Below, in pieces: positions 14,550-27,299 of a DNA stretch of 64,000 nucleotides. Source of the DNA: Eledone cirrhosa (Eukaryota); assembly GCA_964016885.1 (NCBI GenBank), contig OZ024745.1, positions 76,322,001-76,386,000 of the forward strand. The letters run 5' to 3'. Below the pieces are notes generated by a model, which saw only the letters and a list, made by a program, of their open reading frames with translations, made no database searches and had not been told where the DNA came from. The position numbers and the translations under genes were made by a program. Within the stretch, counting starts at the first letter, position 1; each line of letters begins with the position of its first letter.

Positions 14550-14604
14550 TCACTGTATTTTTGAAAATAGAATATATTTCACTAGCTCTGACAGTTTGGC
14601 AGGT

Positions 14605-14666
14605 GAACAGTGAGCTGTACTGATGAAGGGTGATACCCAGAAACATTAGTGTCTGCAGTTCTGTTC
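14605..14666 (+). ncRNA. Type I hammerhead ribozyme (Penelope-like/retrozyme type)
   Basis: Stem I GAACAG(UG)AGCUGUA / UGCAGUUCUGUUC; core CUGAUGA 14620-14626; stem II GGGU-GAU-ACCC; GAAA 14640-14643; short stem III ACA-UUAG-UGU; cleavage triplet GUC 14651-14653. Confidence 0.75.
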
Positions 14667-14825
14667 CCATGCCAACACAAGAGCAAGAATAAAGGGTTCA
14701 TTCTACTGACATGGCTATAACATTGAGGCTTGTTTGCATAATTGCAAACGAATCGAATGTTATTAATATTCGAAAAACTCAGATTACATTTATTGTATTC
14801 AGCCATGTAGAGCGAAAATTTTCTT

Positions 14826-14859
<34 letters not shown>

Positions 14860-14921
14860 TTAGAAAGTGAGGTTTTTTTTACAAAATGAAAAATAACCGA
14901 GGTGTCCTACACGAGTGAAAG

Positions 14922-15035
14922 TATAAAGAAAAAGAGATGAAATCGAAAATGCAACTGAAGTCTTATTTTAAAAAAAATATATATATTTTTGAAAAAAATA
15001 AGACTTCAGTTGCATTTTCGATTTCATCTCTTTTT

Positions 15036-15042
<7 letters not shown>
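14922..15042. repeat. Perfect inverted repeat, 48-bp arms with 25-nt AT-rich spacer
   Basis: 14922-14969 is the exact reverse complement of 14995-15042. Confidence 0.9.
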
Positions 15043-15086
<44 letters not shown>

Positions 15087-15131
15087 CTTGTGCATAGAAC
15101 AATAATAAGAGAAGTCACGTGTAGGTAGATA

Positions 15132-15168
<37 letters not shown>

Positions 15169-16048
15169 TGAGGGGGTACTGAAAAGCTCTCTTCTTAACG
15201 CATTTCCAATTTCATTTACAGTACCACCTCGTAAATACATTACACTGATCTTTGTGTTTATACGTTTCTGTCCATGTTTTCTATTTCCTCCTCTAGCGTC
15301 ATTGTTTCTCTATACCTATCTGTCTTTGTATGTGGCTTTATTGTTTTTCGATATTCAGCCAGTGTAAATCTTCAATTTCTATTGTTTTACAGTATTCTTT
15401 CGCCCTTTTTCTTTGCTACTATATTGAAAATACATAGTAATACGTATGTCAAGACGTACACCAATGAACATATCTCAATACATACACTGTACATTTATTG
15501 CCTGTACATGATGTATGTTACTCAATTTTATTGGATAATCTTTTTTTTTCGTGATGTATTTCCTAATACTTATGGTTTTGTACTAAACTTAAATCAGGTT
15601 AATATATCATTAAATCTTCACATCAAAGCACTTCCATCTGCCTCTAAACATTTAAAATACCATTCACCACATTGTTTCGTTATTTCTATATCGTTTTATA
15701 GCACGTTTTGTCCATCGATTTCTGTTTATTGTAGAGTAATGTATTATTATCTAATCAGACATCCACTGATTAAATATTTAGCTTACATCTGTAATACTTT
15801 TTTCTGTTGATATTTAGGGCGATGAATGACAGAATTGATAAAGAAACGGATAAAATGCTTTTTGCGTTCAAGTATATTCTGAGTTTAGAGTTTAGACCGT
15901 TACTTTTCATCTTTCCGAGAACAATTAAATAAGTATCATTTCAGATATAACCCCTCACTCCATCACATGTCCCGCCACAAATAATAAAAAAAAAAATTGT
16001 GGATTTTTTTCCTGTTAGAATTATCATTATTAATATTATTATATTCAC

Positions 16049-16243
16049 CTAGGGCGGTGAATTGGCAGTATCGGTAGAGGGTTGGACGCCATGCTTTCTA
16101 GCATAGTTACGTCCCTTTACGGTTTGAGTTCAAATCCCGCTGAGGTTAACTTTGCCTTTCATCCTTACGGGGTCGATAAAATAAAGTACTAGTAATGTAC
16201 TGGGTAATTGCTGGCCTTGTGCCTAAAGTAGAAACAATTATTA
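16049..16243 (+). mobile_element. SINE family A, full length
   Basis: Full head, body and tail match 46703-46894. Confidence 0.88.
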
Positions 16244-16249
16244 ATATTT

Positions 16250-17130
16250 TAGAGGCAGGATGCCTGTCAGGTAATCAGTGCCAACATGTTCATTGAAGTT
16301 TCCCATCAGGATATTTGACTCAGTATTAGCTGCATCTAACGCTGCAGTGACTTCATCAAAGAAGAACTTGTATTTAGACTCCTTGTTTGGTGCATAAACT
16401 TGCACCACCCTCAGAGATACCTATCTTTCAGCCTAAGCTTCAAGAGGCAAATCCTTCCTCCTAATGCGATGCAGTCCACAACACATTCTGACAGCCGGGG
16501 GCTTGTGAGTATCCCACTCCCACCTGTGCAGTCATTTCCGATGCCACACCTGAATAGTGGAGTTTCCACCCTCCGTCCAAATCTACAGTATCAGAGCCAC
16601 AGAACTTTGAAGAGGAAAACCCAACTATATCTAGCCGGTAGCATCTAGCCTCCACTACTAGTTTCTGCCTCTTACCTGTGAGGGTTGTAATGTTCCAGGT
16701 TCCAACTGTCAAGGTTTGCTTCCTTCCTCTTTGGAGTCTCGGGATACGCAATCTCTCTGCGTCCATCCCACGCCTCCCAGGACAGATCGCAGGCCCATCG
16801 CCAGTTCTTGCTGCATGAAATGGAGACTGCAATATATGTTTCGAACAGGCCCCTCTACCTAAGGCCGGAACGCGTCCCTTGTTAGCCCACGCGAAGGATG
16901 ATACGAGATGGTTCTTCTTTGTTTTTCTCATTATATTGCAGTTTCAGTTTTGGTGGTCTTATTCGCGCCAGTCACCAATCTGGTACTTCTCAAATCCACG
17001 ACGACTAGGCTTTTTAGAGGCGGCCTTTACTCGCCACGTCGTGGCTACGTCACTGGGTTGTGAGAGTTTTCTTGGGAGCTACAGGTGTCACTCATTGCTC
17101 CATCACCCCCTAGTAGTTTACCGCTGTTGG
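16250..17130 (-). mobile_element. RTE-clade LINE 5' fragment (5' UTR + AP endonuclease start)
   Basis: LTVGTWNITTLTGKRQKL..LDIVGFS..GWKLHYSGV; VYAPN..FFFDE further down; frameshifted. Confidence 0.8.
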
Positions 17131-17139
17131 TCTGAAGAA

Positions 17140-17575
17140 AATCAACATCTGGGCCAATGTGTCAAGCATCCCCTACAATCACCATCAACAACTACGAGCT
17201 GGAGGTGGTCTACGAATTCATCTACCTCGGTTCTTCCATCTCTGATAACTTCCCCTTGGATCCCAAGATTAGCAGGAAAGTTGGACGAGCAGCCTCCGCA
17301 CTTGTTAGACAGACGGCGAGTCTGGGAGAACAGAAAACTAACTACAAACACCAAGATTGTTGTCTATAAAGCGTGCGTCCTCAGCACATTACTTTACGGC
17401 AACGTGACATGGAGCCTCTACTCCAGAAAGGAGCGGCGTCTCAATATCTTCCACATTTTGGATATCAAGTGAACCGACCGAGTCACCAGCACTGAAGTTC
17501 TCAACAACGTCAAGATACCCAGCATATTCATCCTGCTCCAACAGCGCCGTCTGCGCTGGTTCAGTCAGGTATATT
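17140..17575 (+). mobile_element. RTE-clade LINE RT C-terminal fragment
   Basis: ITINNYELEVVYEFIYLGSSI..VWENRKLTTNTKIVVYKACVLSTLLYG..QRRLRW. Confidence 0.8.
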
Positions 17576-18003
17576 GTATAGATTTAGTGAGGCCTCTGCC
17601 TGAAGCTTTTTGAAGTGAAGAAAGACCTTACACTGAACCAATCTCACTCTCTAAACAACTGGGGCAGGTATAAACAAACAACAAAAAAACCCCAAAACAA
17701 AACAAAAATAAAACAGAAAACAAACAGGTCAACATCATTGGCTGCCCTCGCAGGTTTTACAACAGCGTTTTCCTTCTCCTAGAATGATGTCTTAACAAGG
17801 ACCAGGGCTCTTACTGCAGATGGGCTAACCGTGTGATCGGGCACGAAACTGAGTATTTCTTTTGTCATCGTCCTAATAAACATATTGCCATTGGTGAGGT
17901 ATTGCAGAAACAATACTTCTCTGTTTCGCTGAGCTGGTCTGTATCAGTGATGTTAAACCACCCCCACACATTCTATATACATATGTACACACCACACACA
18001 CAT

Positions 18004-18049
<46 letters not shown>

Positions 18050-18175
18050 GTACATATGTATATATACGTGTGTGTGAGTACATACACATATCATATGTAT
18101 ATATATATATTTATTTATATTGTAAGCAAACGGATTTATGGCTAATACTAACGATAACCTCGCTTCTCTCGCTCT

Positions 18176-18227
<52 letters not shown>

Positions 18228-18354
18228 ACGGTATGGTTAGATACCAGGTGGACCATAAACCATCAGAATACTCGATACTTGGGGTAGTAGAGTGGGTATT
18301 ATGAAAAGATTCAGGACCCCGACGGCTGAGCTGTTTCAACAAATTCCTGAATCT

Positions 18355-18415
<61 letters not shown>

Positions 18416-18879
18416 TAGATAGATAGATAGATAGATACAAGCACGGTAACCTGGGAGAAACTTCAAAACGTAGGAGTAAATCTTTTACCGTATTTTTCGA
18501 GGTAGATTATGACTTTCATCTTAAAACTAATAATGCACTGAATACTTACCATCCTTTAGTAAAGTAAAGTTTAGCCACTTCACCGACTTAGTAAACTAAT
18601 AAGATTGAATGTATTTCATAAATCCGCTTTTAGATAATAGTTAAGATAAAGATATCTCTAATACTGTAGAACTATATTTGACCATTTCCATATAATCAAC
18701 TTATTGAATTTCTGATCACGTCTGCATTTTTGTTATTATAATAGGAAAACACGAGAAAGTCCTTTAGACTGTAAACATCAGGCGCACTGAGTTCATATCA
18801 GGTTCACGACTTTTATATCTAAACGCAGGTATTTTATTTACTTTTAGAAGGATATATTCTTTTAATGTTGCAATATTAA

Positions 18880-19622
18880 AGAAAATGTAAAGGAAAGTGT
18901 GAACCACCAAGCCAACACCAGAGCAAAAGACAGCAGCGTCGCGAGGAGTACTGGGCAACCTTTCTAATGATTTTTGAGGCAAGCCAGCACACTCGCAGCG
19001 TTGCCTCGGGTGATGGCGAGGCTAATGCGCTGGAACAAGCAAGCGCCCTCACAAGATTCGCCAGTTACCTCTATTAGCTGAGCCGCCAGTGAAGAGAGGA
19101 ACTTCGCAGTTAGCGGCCCGACTTCCCCAAACGTCTCGAAATCCACAGGCTGAAAATGTAGGTGGCCGCCACATCACAGTATTTGAGGGTCTTACCCTGC
19201 CCGGCTGCGGAAGCTGTGGCTCTCGTCCTAACAGCAGCATCCAGGATATGGGAAGAAGCAAAAGAGTCACTAACAGTGAGGTCCCAGACAAAGCACATGC
19301 CTCTCGACCAGGGGCACAGGGTAAGGCCGTCACTTTTGGACAACCCAGATGGTTCTAAGATTGAGGGGATGTTCATCCGGGCCAAAGCTCTCTTGAGGAT
19401 GAGGTTTAGCTCCGTGTGACGCGCGCAGCGGCCGGCATTCAGGCGGCAAGAAAGACCGTGGAGGCCTGTGGAGTCGAGGAGTTTGCCGCATCGGCACCTA
19501 AACCCATGCAGAAGTCAGCTCCCACTCTGAGTGCGATGGAGACACGAAGTTCGTCCAGGATGAGTAGGCCACCAATGTTGGCCACGGGTAGGGCATCAAC
19601 CCAGTCGCCTGTGTATTTGGTG
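18880..19622 (-). mobile_element. Second CRE-clade copy, 5'-truncated (RLE domain + 3' UTR)
   Basis: Closely similar to ~1858-2582; SDGLTLCPWSRGMCFVWDLTV..FETFGEVGP..FQRISLAITRGNAASV. Confidence 0.85.
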
Positions 19623-19819
19623 CGAGCAAATACTGCTATAATGTCATTATAGCAGTATGGATATCATAACATTCAATATTTATGTCGCCTAGAAGTAATA
19701 CACTTCATCCCTACCCGGAAAAGTAAGTACGGTATCATAGTAAACTATGTTTTGAAATTACACAACACCGTTAAAGCATGACGAAACAAAAATATTTGTA
19801 GCGTTAAAGTTGAAAGTTT

Positions 19820-20440
19820 ATCTACATCTGGGTCTCCTACGTAACATGTCCCTCTTAAAATTACATCTACTACCCTCTTCCACCCCATTTCAATCATTCT
19901 CACATTTACTGTACCATATTGCTTACTTGACTAGGGGTTGTACTGGATCTGTCTTGTCGTCTCAACCCTGTGTTGCCCACCTTCCTATTCTTCTATGCAC
20001 TGAATCATGCCACTCAGGTATTTAGTGTCCCCACTGTCTCACCAACTATATCAATTTACTCCTTCATCACGGTAGCTATGTACAAAGGATGTATCAGATC
20101 TATTTATATGCCCCCCCCCCCCTTCAAACCACTTCTAATTGACATCCATCATTCTGTCCCACAATATACAACTCGCTTTTTCACAAGCCAGCATGTAGCT
20201 TCAATCACTCCCTCTAGTATCTTCCATTACTCCTTACTCTACACCGCTTCTGCCATCATACTCTCACCCCTCCCTATTATTGTCTCTGTTATTTCCTCCA
20301 ATATATCCTCTCCCCCACTCATCTCTGTCACTCCAATTCATTCTGTCTCTCCCATCTTATTCTCGCTTCTCTCATCCACTTACCTTGACCCCTCTTCTGC
20401 CAATGCTCTCTTCTATTGACTCATTCAGCCATGTTTCCCT
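19820..20440 (-). mobile_element. Highly decayed RTE-like RT 3' fragment
   Basis: Degenerate W..G/RGRP-type C-terminal motifs on the minus strand; many disruptions. Confidence 0.4.
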
Positions 20441-23400
20441 GAATAAATGGAAATACTCATGGGTATTGAGTATCCTTTTATGTTTGTGAGAACCAAGGCA
20501 AACTCATTACCGATGGTAATATACGCAACTAGTACGTACACTTGGTAAAGTGGTAACGATCTAAAAGAGATGATGTAGGGTTGAAAAGACCTTTTAATTC
20601 TACTGAGAATATATCGTCGTCTCTATTGCTGGGGGTCATGATAAAATGCACATTTTACACCCTCTAAAGTCAATGGCGTTAGGGATGATATTCTGCAGTA
20701 GAAACTACACAAAAATAGTATGAACGAACGAAACATTGTTTTTCGACCTATTTAACTTTCACATCATGACTGTCTTTCCGATGTATGTTACATCAAGTAT
20801 GGAGTCGTGCAAAAGCTCAACACTTACTCGACACTGATAAATTCTATAAACCTCCCCACCCACTAAGTTTTATCCTCACGCAAAAAACATTGATATTAGC
20901 CCTTTAGACAATCTAATTACTTGTCATTTTTCAAACTTAACCAGCATACTGCACTAGTATTTTTTTTGCGATGTAATCTGTCAAATATTAATGCACCATG
21001 CCAAAAGATTATTTTCTTTGATATATAGCTTCACACACCCATGTTGGCATGATTGATGAAATATTTTTGATAAGTGTGAACGCCTTTGAGGATGGTAACA
21101 TCTCACCAAGTCGAACATGTAACAATGATTTCATTCTCGAATGATACCTTTTACCTTCCTTCACGTATCAGCGATACTTGGTTTCAGTCAATAGCTTGAA
21201 GATATCCTGACTGTCTATGAAATGATGACCCTTGTATCAACAAACCTTGAAGAGTTATGGTAAGCTTTCATTCCACATATAATAATTGTAAGAACTGTTA
21301 TAGATTAAGAGGTAAACTATCGATTCACTGATTGTCTAATCTGGTTTCAGATTGAAAATAATTCTCTTCATTTATGTTGATAAACAGAGCATTGATATTA
21401 CATCTCGTTCGCTTTCTTTGTACATGTGGGGCACTGCGTTTGAATCCGAAAAAAAGCATTAAGTACTCAGCAAAAGTACAGAGAATAATTATTTCTTATA
21501 ATGGCACAAGAAAATATATTAAGAGTTAGTTGATTCAACCGAATCATGGTATATTACAACTACTATTGAATCAGTTGGAATGAAAGATAAAGATGATTCC
21601 GGGTGGATTTGAACATAAAACACAAGGAGACGTAACTGAATACAACAAAGCATTTTCGCCGGCTCTAAACTTACCAAGAATAATGCTTAGCAAATTACAA
21701 TTTATCTGCGCATACTCCTCTGCGCATAATAATTCATATTTAAATATTTCTAACTATACGGAAAACGTCAGTCATACTATATAACGAGACTTCAACGTTA
21801 TTTCGCAAATGCCATCAATTTTCTAAGAATAATAGTTCAAAACGGATTTATTTGCAGTAAATCAAAGTTGACTTACAAATCAGGTGAACTTAATTTTTTT
21901 TCATCCGCATTTATTATTTTCATATTAAGTATTCTAAAACTTAAAAATAATATTTCTGTTATTTTTTTGTATCGTTAAACTTATTTTTCACGATCAATAT
22001 CCATGGTTTAGTTTATTGAAACAAACAAAAACATTTCGTAGTTATTGGAATGCTAAAACTAAAAACACTATACAAGGATGAATATACAACTCAAATAGAC
22101 AATTTATTGTAAGAATTTATCTGAAACCTAATAAAAAGTTTCTATTAAAATATGTTAAATGGGCTTTTCTCTACTCGCTTCCTTTTATATAGTACAGTAA
22201 AATATCTGCTAGAGTGATAACATAAAAGGCATATACTGGAGTCGTCAATTGACCATACCTCGCTCGACAAAGTAAGAAATTCTTATATATTCTAAAAATG
22301 ATATGCATGTTATTAACTTCAGTGCAAATGAAGTAACCTCATTGTATCTAATTATTCGATCTGGTCAGTACACTCGAAATATTTACTCAAGAGACGAATA
22401 AATAGATTTAATTTTACTTGTACATCGAGAAATAGAAAATCTTTCCAAATAAATATATATATTCCTAAAGTTTTAATTTGTGTGATATGTCATTCGCATA
22501 GCCACGTTTGTAACACGGTTTCAATTCTAGGTTATATCAATTTCATTTCAATCTTGACCAATATCGCTCAAACCTTTTTTGTAGCTCTCTCTCTTCTACT
22601 AGTTTATCACCCAATTCCCTCCACGCTCAAATATAATATATAACACAATCTATTGCATAACTCTAACAGACACATTAATATATTAATTTAATATTAGCAT
22701 CATTAAAGGGAAATAAATATAGTTATAGGAAATATAAAAAAAATGTTCAATATTAAAAAAAAAAGTTCCGCCTTGGAATTCTGAAATTTTTCCAGGGTAA
22801 GAAATTCAGCGCTAAACAGCGGCATTAGCATTATTAGATCAATCCTTACGGGGTCGATAAAATAAAGTACCAGTAATGTACTGGGTGATTGCTGGCCTTG
22901 TGCCAAAAGTAGAAACAATTATTTGATCGCGTTTTATCTTTCACGTAAAGCACGATAAGATATTTTGCAATACATAATAGAAAATTAATAATAAAACTAA
23001 TAATAATTTTCCAATCAGAGACTGATCTTATTCATTTACAGAATATTATTGAATGTTGCAAATCTATTTATTACTCCGGTTTCATACAGGATCGGATGAA
23101 CAGGAAACCACCCAATCTTTGATAGTCTTATATCTATTATATATATATATTCCTAAAGTTTTAATTTGTGTGATATGTCCTTCGCAATTCGCATAGCCAC
23201 GTTTGTAACACGGTGCCATGTTAGTGGCGAAATACATGTATTTCGTTCAAGCATTAATTTTGGGGAATAGTGTTGGCTAGGTAACAAATAGAGCTTCAAT
23301 ATATTTTATTTAGCAATAACATTTCAAATATATAAGGAAACGAAATGAGTTATTGTGACATATGCTCCAGGGGCATGGAGCTTGAGGAACAATTACAAAA

Positions 23401-23605
23401 TGAAAATTGAAACCAAGTCGGTGGGGGGGGGGGAAGGATTAAGATATGCCTCATTCAACCTTTGATGGTTTCTTATGAGTACATGATCTCAAATTTATGG
23501 AGCATAAATGATTTGAGTTTCTTATTTCTTGAGCACAATCTAGGCTAATAATAAAAGAAATCTAACTATCGGTAGTTTTTGTACTTTACTACGCACGCAA
23601 CACTT

Positions 23606-23822
23606 AATAATAGTTTCTACTTTAGGCACAATGCCAGCAATTTGAAGGGAGGAAAGTTGATTAAATCGACCGCAGTACGTGACTGGTACTTTCTTATCGA
23701 CCCCGTAAGGATGAAAGGAAAAGCTAATCTCAGCGGGATTTGGACTCAGAATGTAAAGGGACGTAACTCAATCCTCGAATCAGGGTGTCAGATGCTCTGC
23801 CGATTCTGCCAATCCACTCCCC
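23606..23822 (-). mobile_element. SINE family A, long variant (diverged)
   Basis: Body and head match family A. Confidence 0.75.
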
Positions 23823-24289
23823 TAATCACACTTAACAATAATGATACTTTTTAGCAAAGCAAGAAGTGGTTGAGAAAATCAAATCAATCAAATTCCATAG
23901 CCTATTACTGGCACTTTATCATGGCGTCTCATATATTGAGCTATGAGGTATCATTTGACTTTATATCGTATGCATCTAGTTTGTATTACTATCTTTCGCA
24001 CTGACTAGTGCTTTAGAGATAGATTTCTTACAAACACATGCAATCCGAGATTCTTAAGGGAACATAGTTAAGTTTCAGACTTTTCTAATGTGAATATTTT
24101 TCCCCCATAATTCGAATAGGGATTACAGAAGTAACTCGCCAGTTTCATATTTTGAACAGCAACATACACTGTTAAATCATAAACGAGTTTGATTTGCGAT
24201 ACAGATTTTATTTCTCCTCTATAAAAATACAAATAAATGTATTTTTGCTTTATTGAAAGAAAGTAATTTAACAGGAATCATTATTTGCC

Positions 24290-24630
24290 ATTCTGAGTTC
24301 AAATCCCGCCGAGGTTAACTTTGCCTTTCATCCTTACGGAGTCGATAAAATAAAGTACCAGCAATGCACTGGGTAATTGCTGGCCTTGTGCCAAAAGTAG
24401 AAACAATTATTTACAAGGATTGGCAGTATCGGTAGAACGTCGCGCAGCATGCTTCGCAGCATAGTTACGGCCCTTTATGTTCTGAGTTTAAATTCAGCTG
24501 AGGTTAGTTTTGCCTTTCATCATTACAAGGTCGTAAAATAAAGCGCCAGTAATGCACTGGGGTCGATTTAATCGACTTCCCCCTCCCCTTCAAATTGTAG
24601 GCCTTGTGCCTAAAGTAGAAACAATTATTT
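24290..24630 (+). mobile_element. Two SINE family A copies head-to-tail (short and long variants)
   Basis: Copies at 24290-24410 and 24416-24630. Confidence 0.85.
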
Positions 24631-25229
24631 ACAAAGATTTTATAGTGGAATTTATGTTTATGCTTTTAAAACATTCGTAGAAAGTAGCCCTGGGTTTAAA
24701 TATCAGTCATTAATAATACCTTTTTATTAACGTGCATTAAAGCTCTTATATTTCAAGAATAGAGAAAAGTATAAGGTGCGTTGATAAGGTGCTATGAGTA
24801 CGATAAACGGGGATATGAAGCCCCAGAGGGCATAAAGGTCCAAGAACTTAATACCCACGGGGCTTAATACCCTCGTTTACCCTACATAAAGGATGTAAGG
24901 AAACTGGAATATAGAAGGCTTGTCTGGAAACTAAATGTCGTTCAATAATTTCTTAACTTCGATACAATACTATATATTTGTAGGGAAATACTGTATTCAG
25001 ACGAACAAATCTCAACACACATCAGTTTTGTATCGATCCGTATAGATAAGAAGTATGTCAGTCGAAATGAGATTCTAAATCAATGGAGAAATACGACACT
25101 AAACATTTAAAAACTCTTCGCATGGTGCTCTATTATATCTGTTATATCATCAATTAATGTCAACATTTATGAAATATCTTTGCCGGTAATTTAGACGACA
25201 CCAATAGACTGATTGTAGTATATTGTAAT

Positions 25230-25419
25230 ATTTGTTTCTACTTTAGGCACAAGGCCAGCAATTACCCAGTGCATTACTGGTACTTTATTTTAGCGACCTC
25301 GTAAGGATGAAAGGCAAAGTCAACCTCGGCGGGATTTGAACTCAGATCGTAAAGGGACGTAACTATGCTGGAAAGCATGGCGTCCGACCCTCTACCGATA
25401 CTGCCAATCCACCGCCCTT
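25230..25419 (-). mobile_element. SINE family A, full length, with 15-bp TSD
   Basis: TSD GTATATTGTAATATT at 25218-25232 and 25420-25434. Confidence 0.9.
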
Positions 25420-25575
25420 GTATATTGTAATATTGTAGTTTAGACAGCTCCGAAGAAACTACAATTTCTTTATACGATCAACTTGTTTTATTATAACAAA
25501 TGGAACAAAAACGATATGTTTCATAGGAACTATAATTGAATAAAATGCTCAATATTTCCATCTATAAGAGTTGTA

Positions 25576-25770
25576 TGTGAAGGCGCATGGCTTAGTGGGT
25601 AGAGCGTCGGGCTTACAATCGTGAGGTTGTAAGTTCGATTCTCTGATTGGCCCTTGTGTTGTTCTAAGACACTTTGTTTCACGTTGCTTCAGTTTACTCA
25701 GCTGTAGCAAAGAGTTGCGACGTCACTGGCGCCAAGCTGTATCTGCCTTTCCCTTGGACAACCTCGGTGG
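25576..25770 (+). mobile_element. tRNA-derived SINE family C
   Basis: Head tggcttagtgggtagagcg..gttcgattc; related to 38530-38770 and 63230-63557. Confidence 0.75.
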
Positions 25771-27152
25771 ATATTCATCGCACACCCACTATATTGACTG
25801 TAAAGTTTAGCAGAATGAGTGCTTAACTGCAGTTTATTGGATAGAATATCTATCGAGAGTGGAGCTTATTCTCATGATGACATAAAACAAATTCCAGCCT
25901 TTGAACTATTCTCTACCGAAGAAACGCTCACACACTTATACTCATACACACTAACACATACACACTTCATCAAAACTAGCATATTTGTTTTTACCTTTAA
26001 GATCAGCATTAAATAATGATAGTTATTAGAATAAACAGTTAATGTAAACACATGTATTACATTAATAAATTGTCAAATAATGCGTGTATGTGCCAATAGC
26101 TGTATAAAATTGAAGAAGAATATATTTTTGGCTACATTACGTGCTTTTAAGATCAGTTTTGATAAAACTTAAATGTCAATGGTTGAAGTTATAGGAAACA
26201 ACAAATAAAGTTTCGTGATATTTGCCTAATATTAGGCGTTCTTCATCTATTTTGTTTTTCACAAAACTGACGAAGTTTAACAGACGTGATTATATATTTC
26301 CACTTGAGTTGAGTCAGAGAAAATGTCTGGATTTCAGTTACAAAGAATAGGTTAATCCCCAATGTATAATCAATTAAATCTTTTAACATGTGCCTAGAAT
26401 AGTTTTGAAGTAATCGAATTAGTGTATGCAATGATCCTGAACTATGTCCAGATGAATCAATACTTTGCTTGGACATGTGGTAATCGTTGTAGATTAAGAG
26501 GTAAATTTCTACCAAGCCGAGATCCATTCGAAGCAATTCCATCTCATTTATTCCATCTGTGCGCTTGTAAAAAGCATGAATATCGCAATATCTTATTTTC
26601 CATCTCCAAAAACAGAACTAGTCTGGATTTGAATGTAAAAAGAAATAACTAAATACTGTAAGGCGTAATCTGATTCTCTACCATTTGTCACTCCGTCATT
26701 TTCTGCAGTTTTAATATTAAGAAATAATCGATGTTAATCCTGTCTGAAGTACATTTTTTTGCATTCTTATACAATTTATTGTATCATATTATACCTTGTA
26801 TTTCACGTTGACAATTTAAATGTAGTAGCATTGTCTTTAAAGACTTTTATGTCTAAATATTAATATAAAGATAAATTGATATAAATATGAAATACTTGAA
26901 AGTTCTACCTCGAGAAATTTTAAATCGATTTATCTAAAAAGCTATAAATCAACTGAGACGAAAGACAAATTAACTTGAGAGAAAAATATTAAATTACTAG
27001 AATTAATATGAAATGCCACAACAATTAGAAGCAAATTTTGTTCATCTATAAACAAATATAACCAATTTATTTCTTTGGATATTTCATTTCACTTTACAAT
27101 GCGTTGATGATCTGATTTCCATGGTAATGAAATATGTTTCTGTCAGGCGATT

Positions 27153-27299
27153 ATGATGACGACTGCGAGACAGCTATTATCCTTGCGACGCATGTCTGAA
27201 AATTTAGAGAATAAGAGTCACAAGAAACGTGTACAACGAAGGCACTCGGCAATATCTTACGAAACCTTCAGCACTGATTGTTCTCAACAAATTGAAACT
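27153..27299 (+). CDS. Cyclin exon 1 (MMTTARQLL...QQIET)
   Basis: ATG start; donor GTAAGT at 27300; possible 5' UTR acceptor (tcag) at 27146. Confidence 0.7.

Noticed and set aside
15274-15810. 178-aa hydrophobic ORF
   Set aside because: T-rich low-information sequence with no motif or splice support.
16250-17575. Single 5'-inverted RTE insertion
   Set aside because: About 2 kb is missing between the pieces and they look like different RTE subfamilies; two insertions are more likely.
25576-25645. tRNA gene
   Set aside because: The tRNA-like head continues into a SINE body; no complete cloverleaf.
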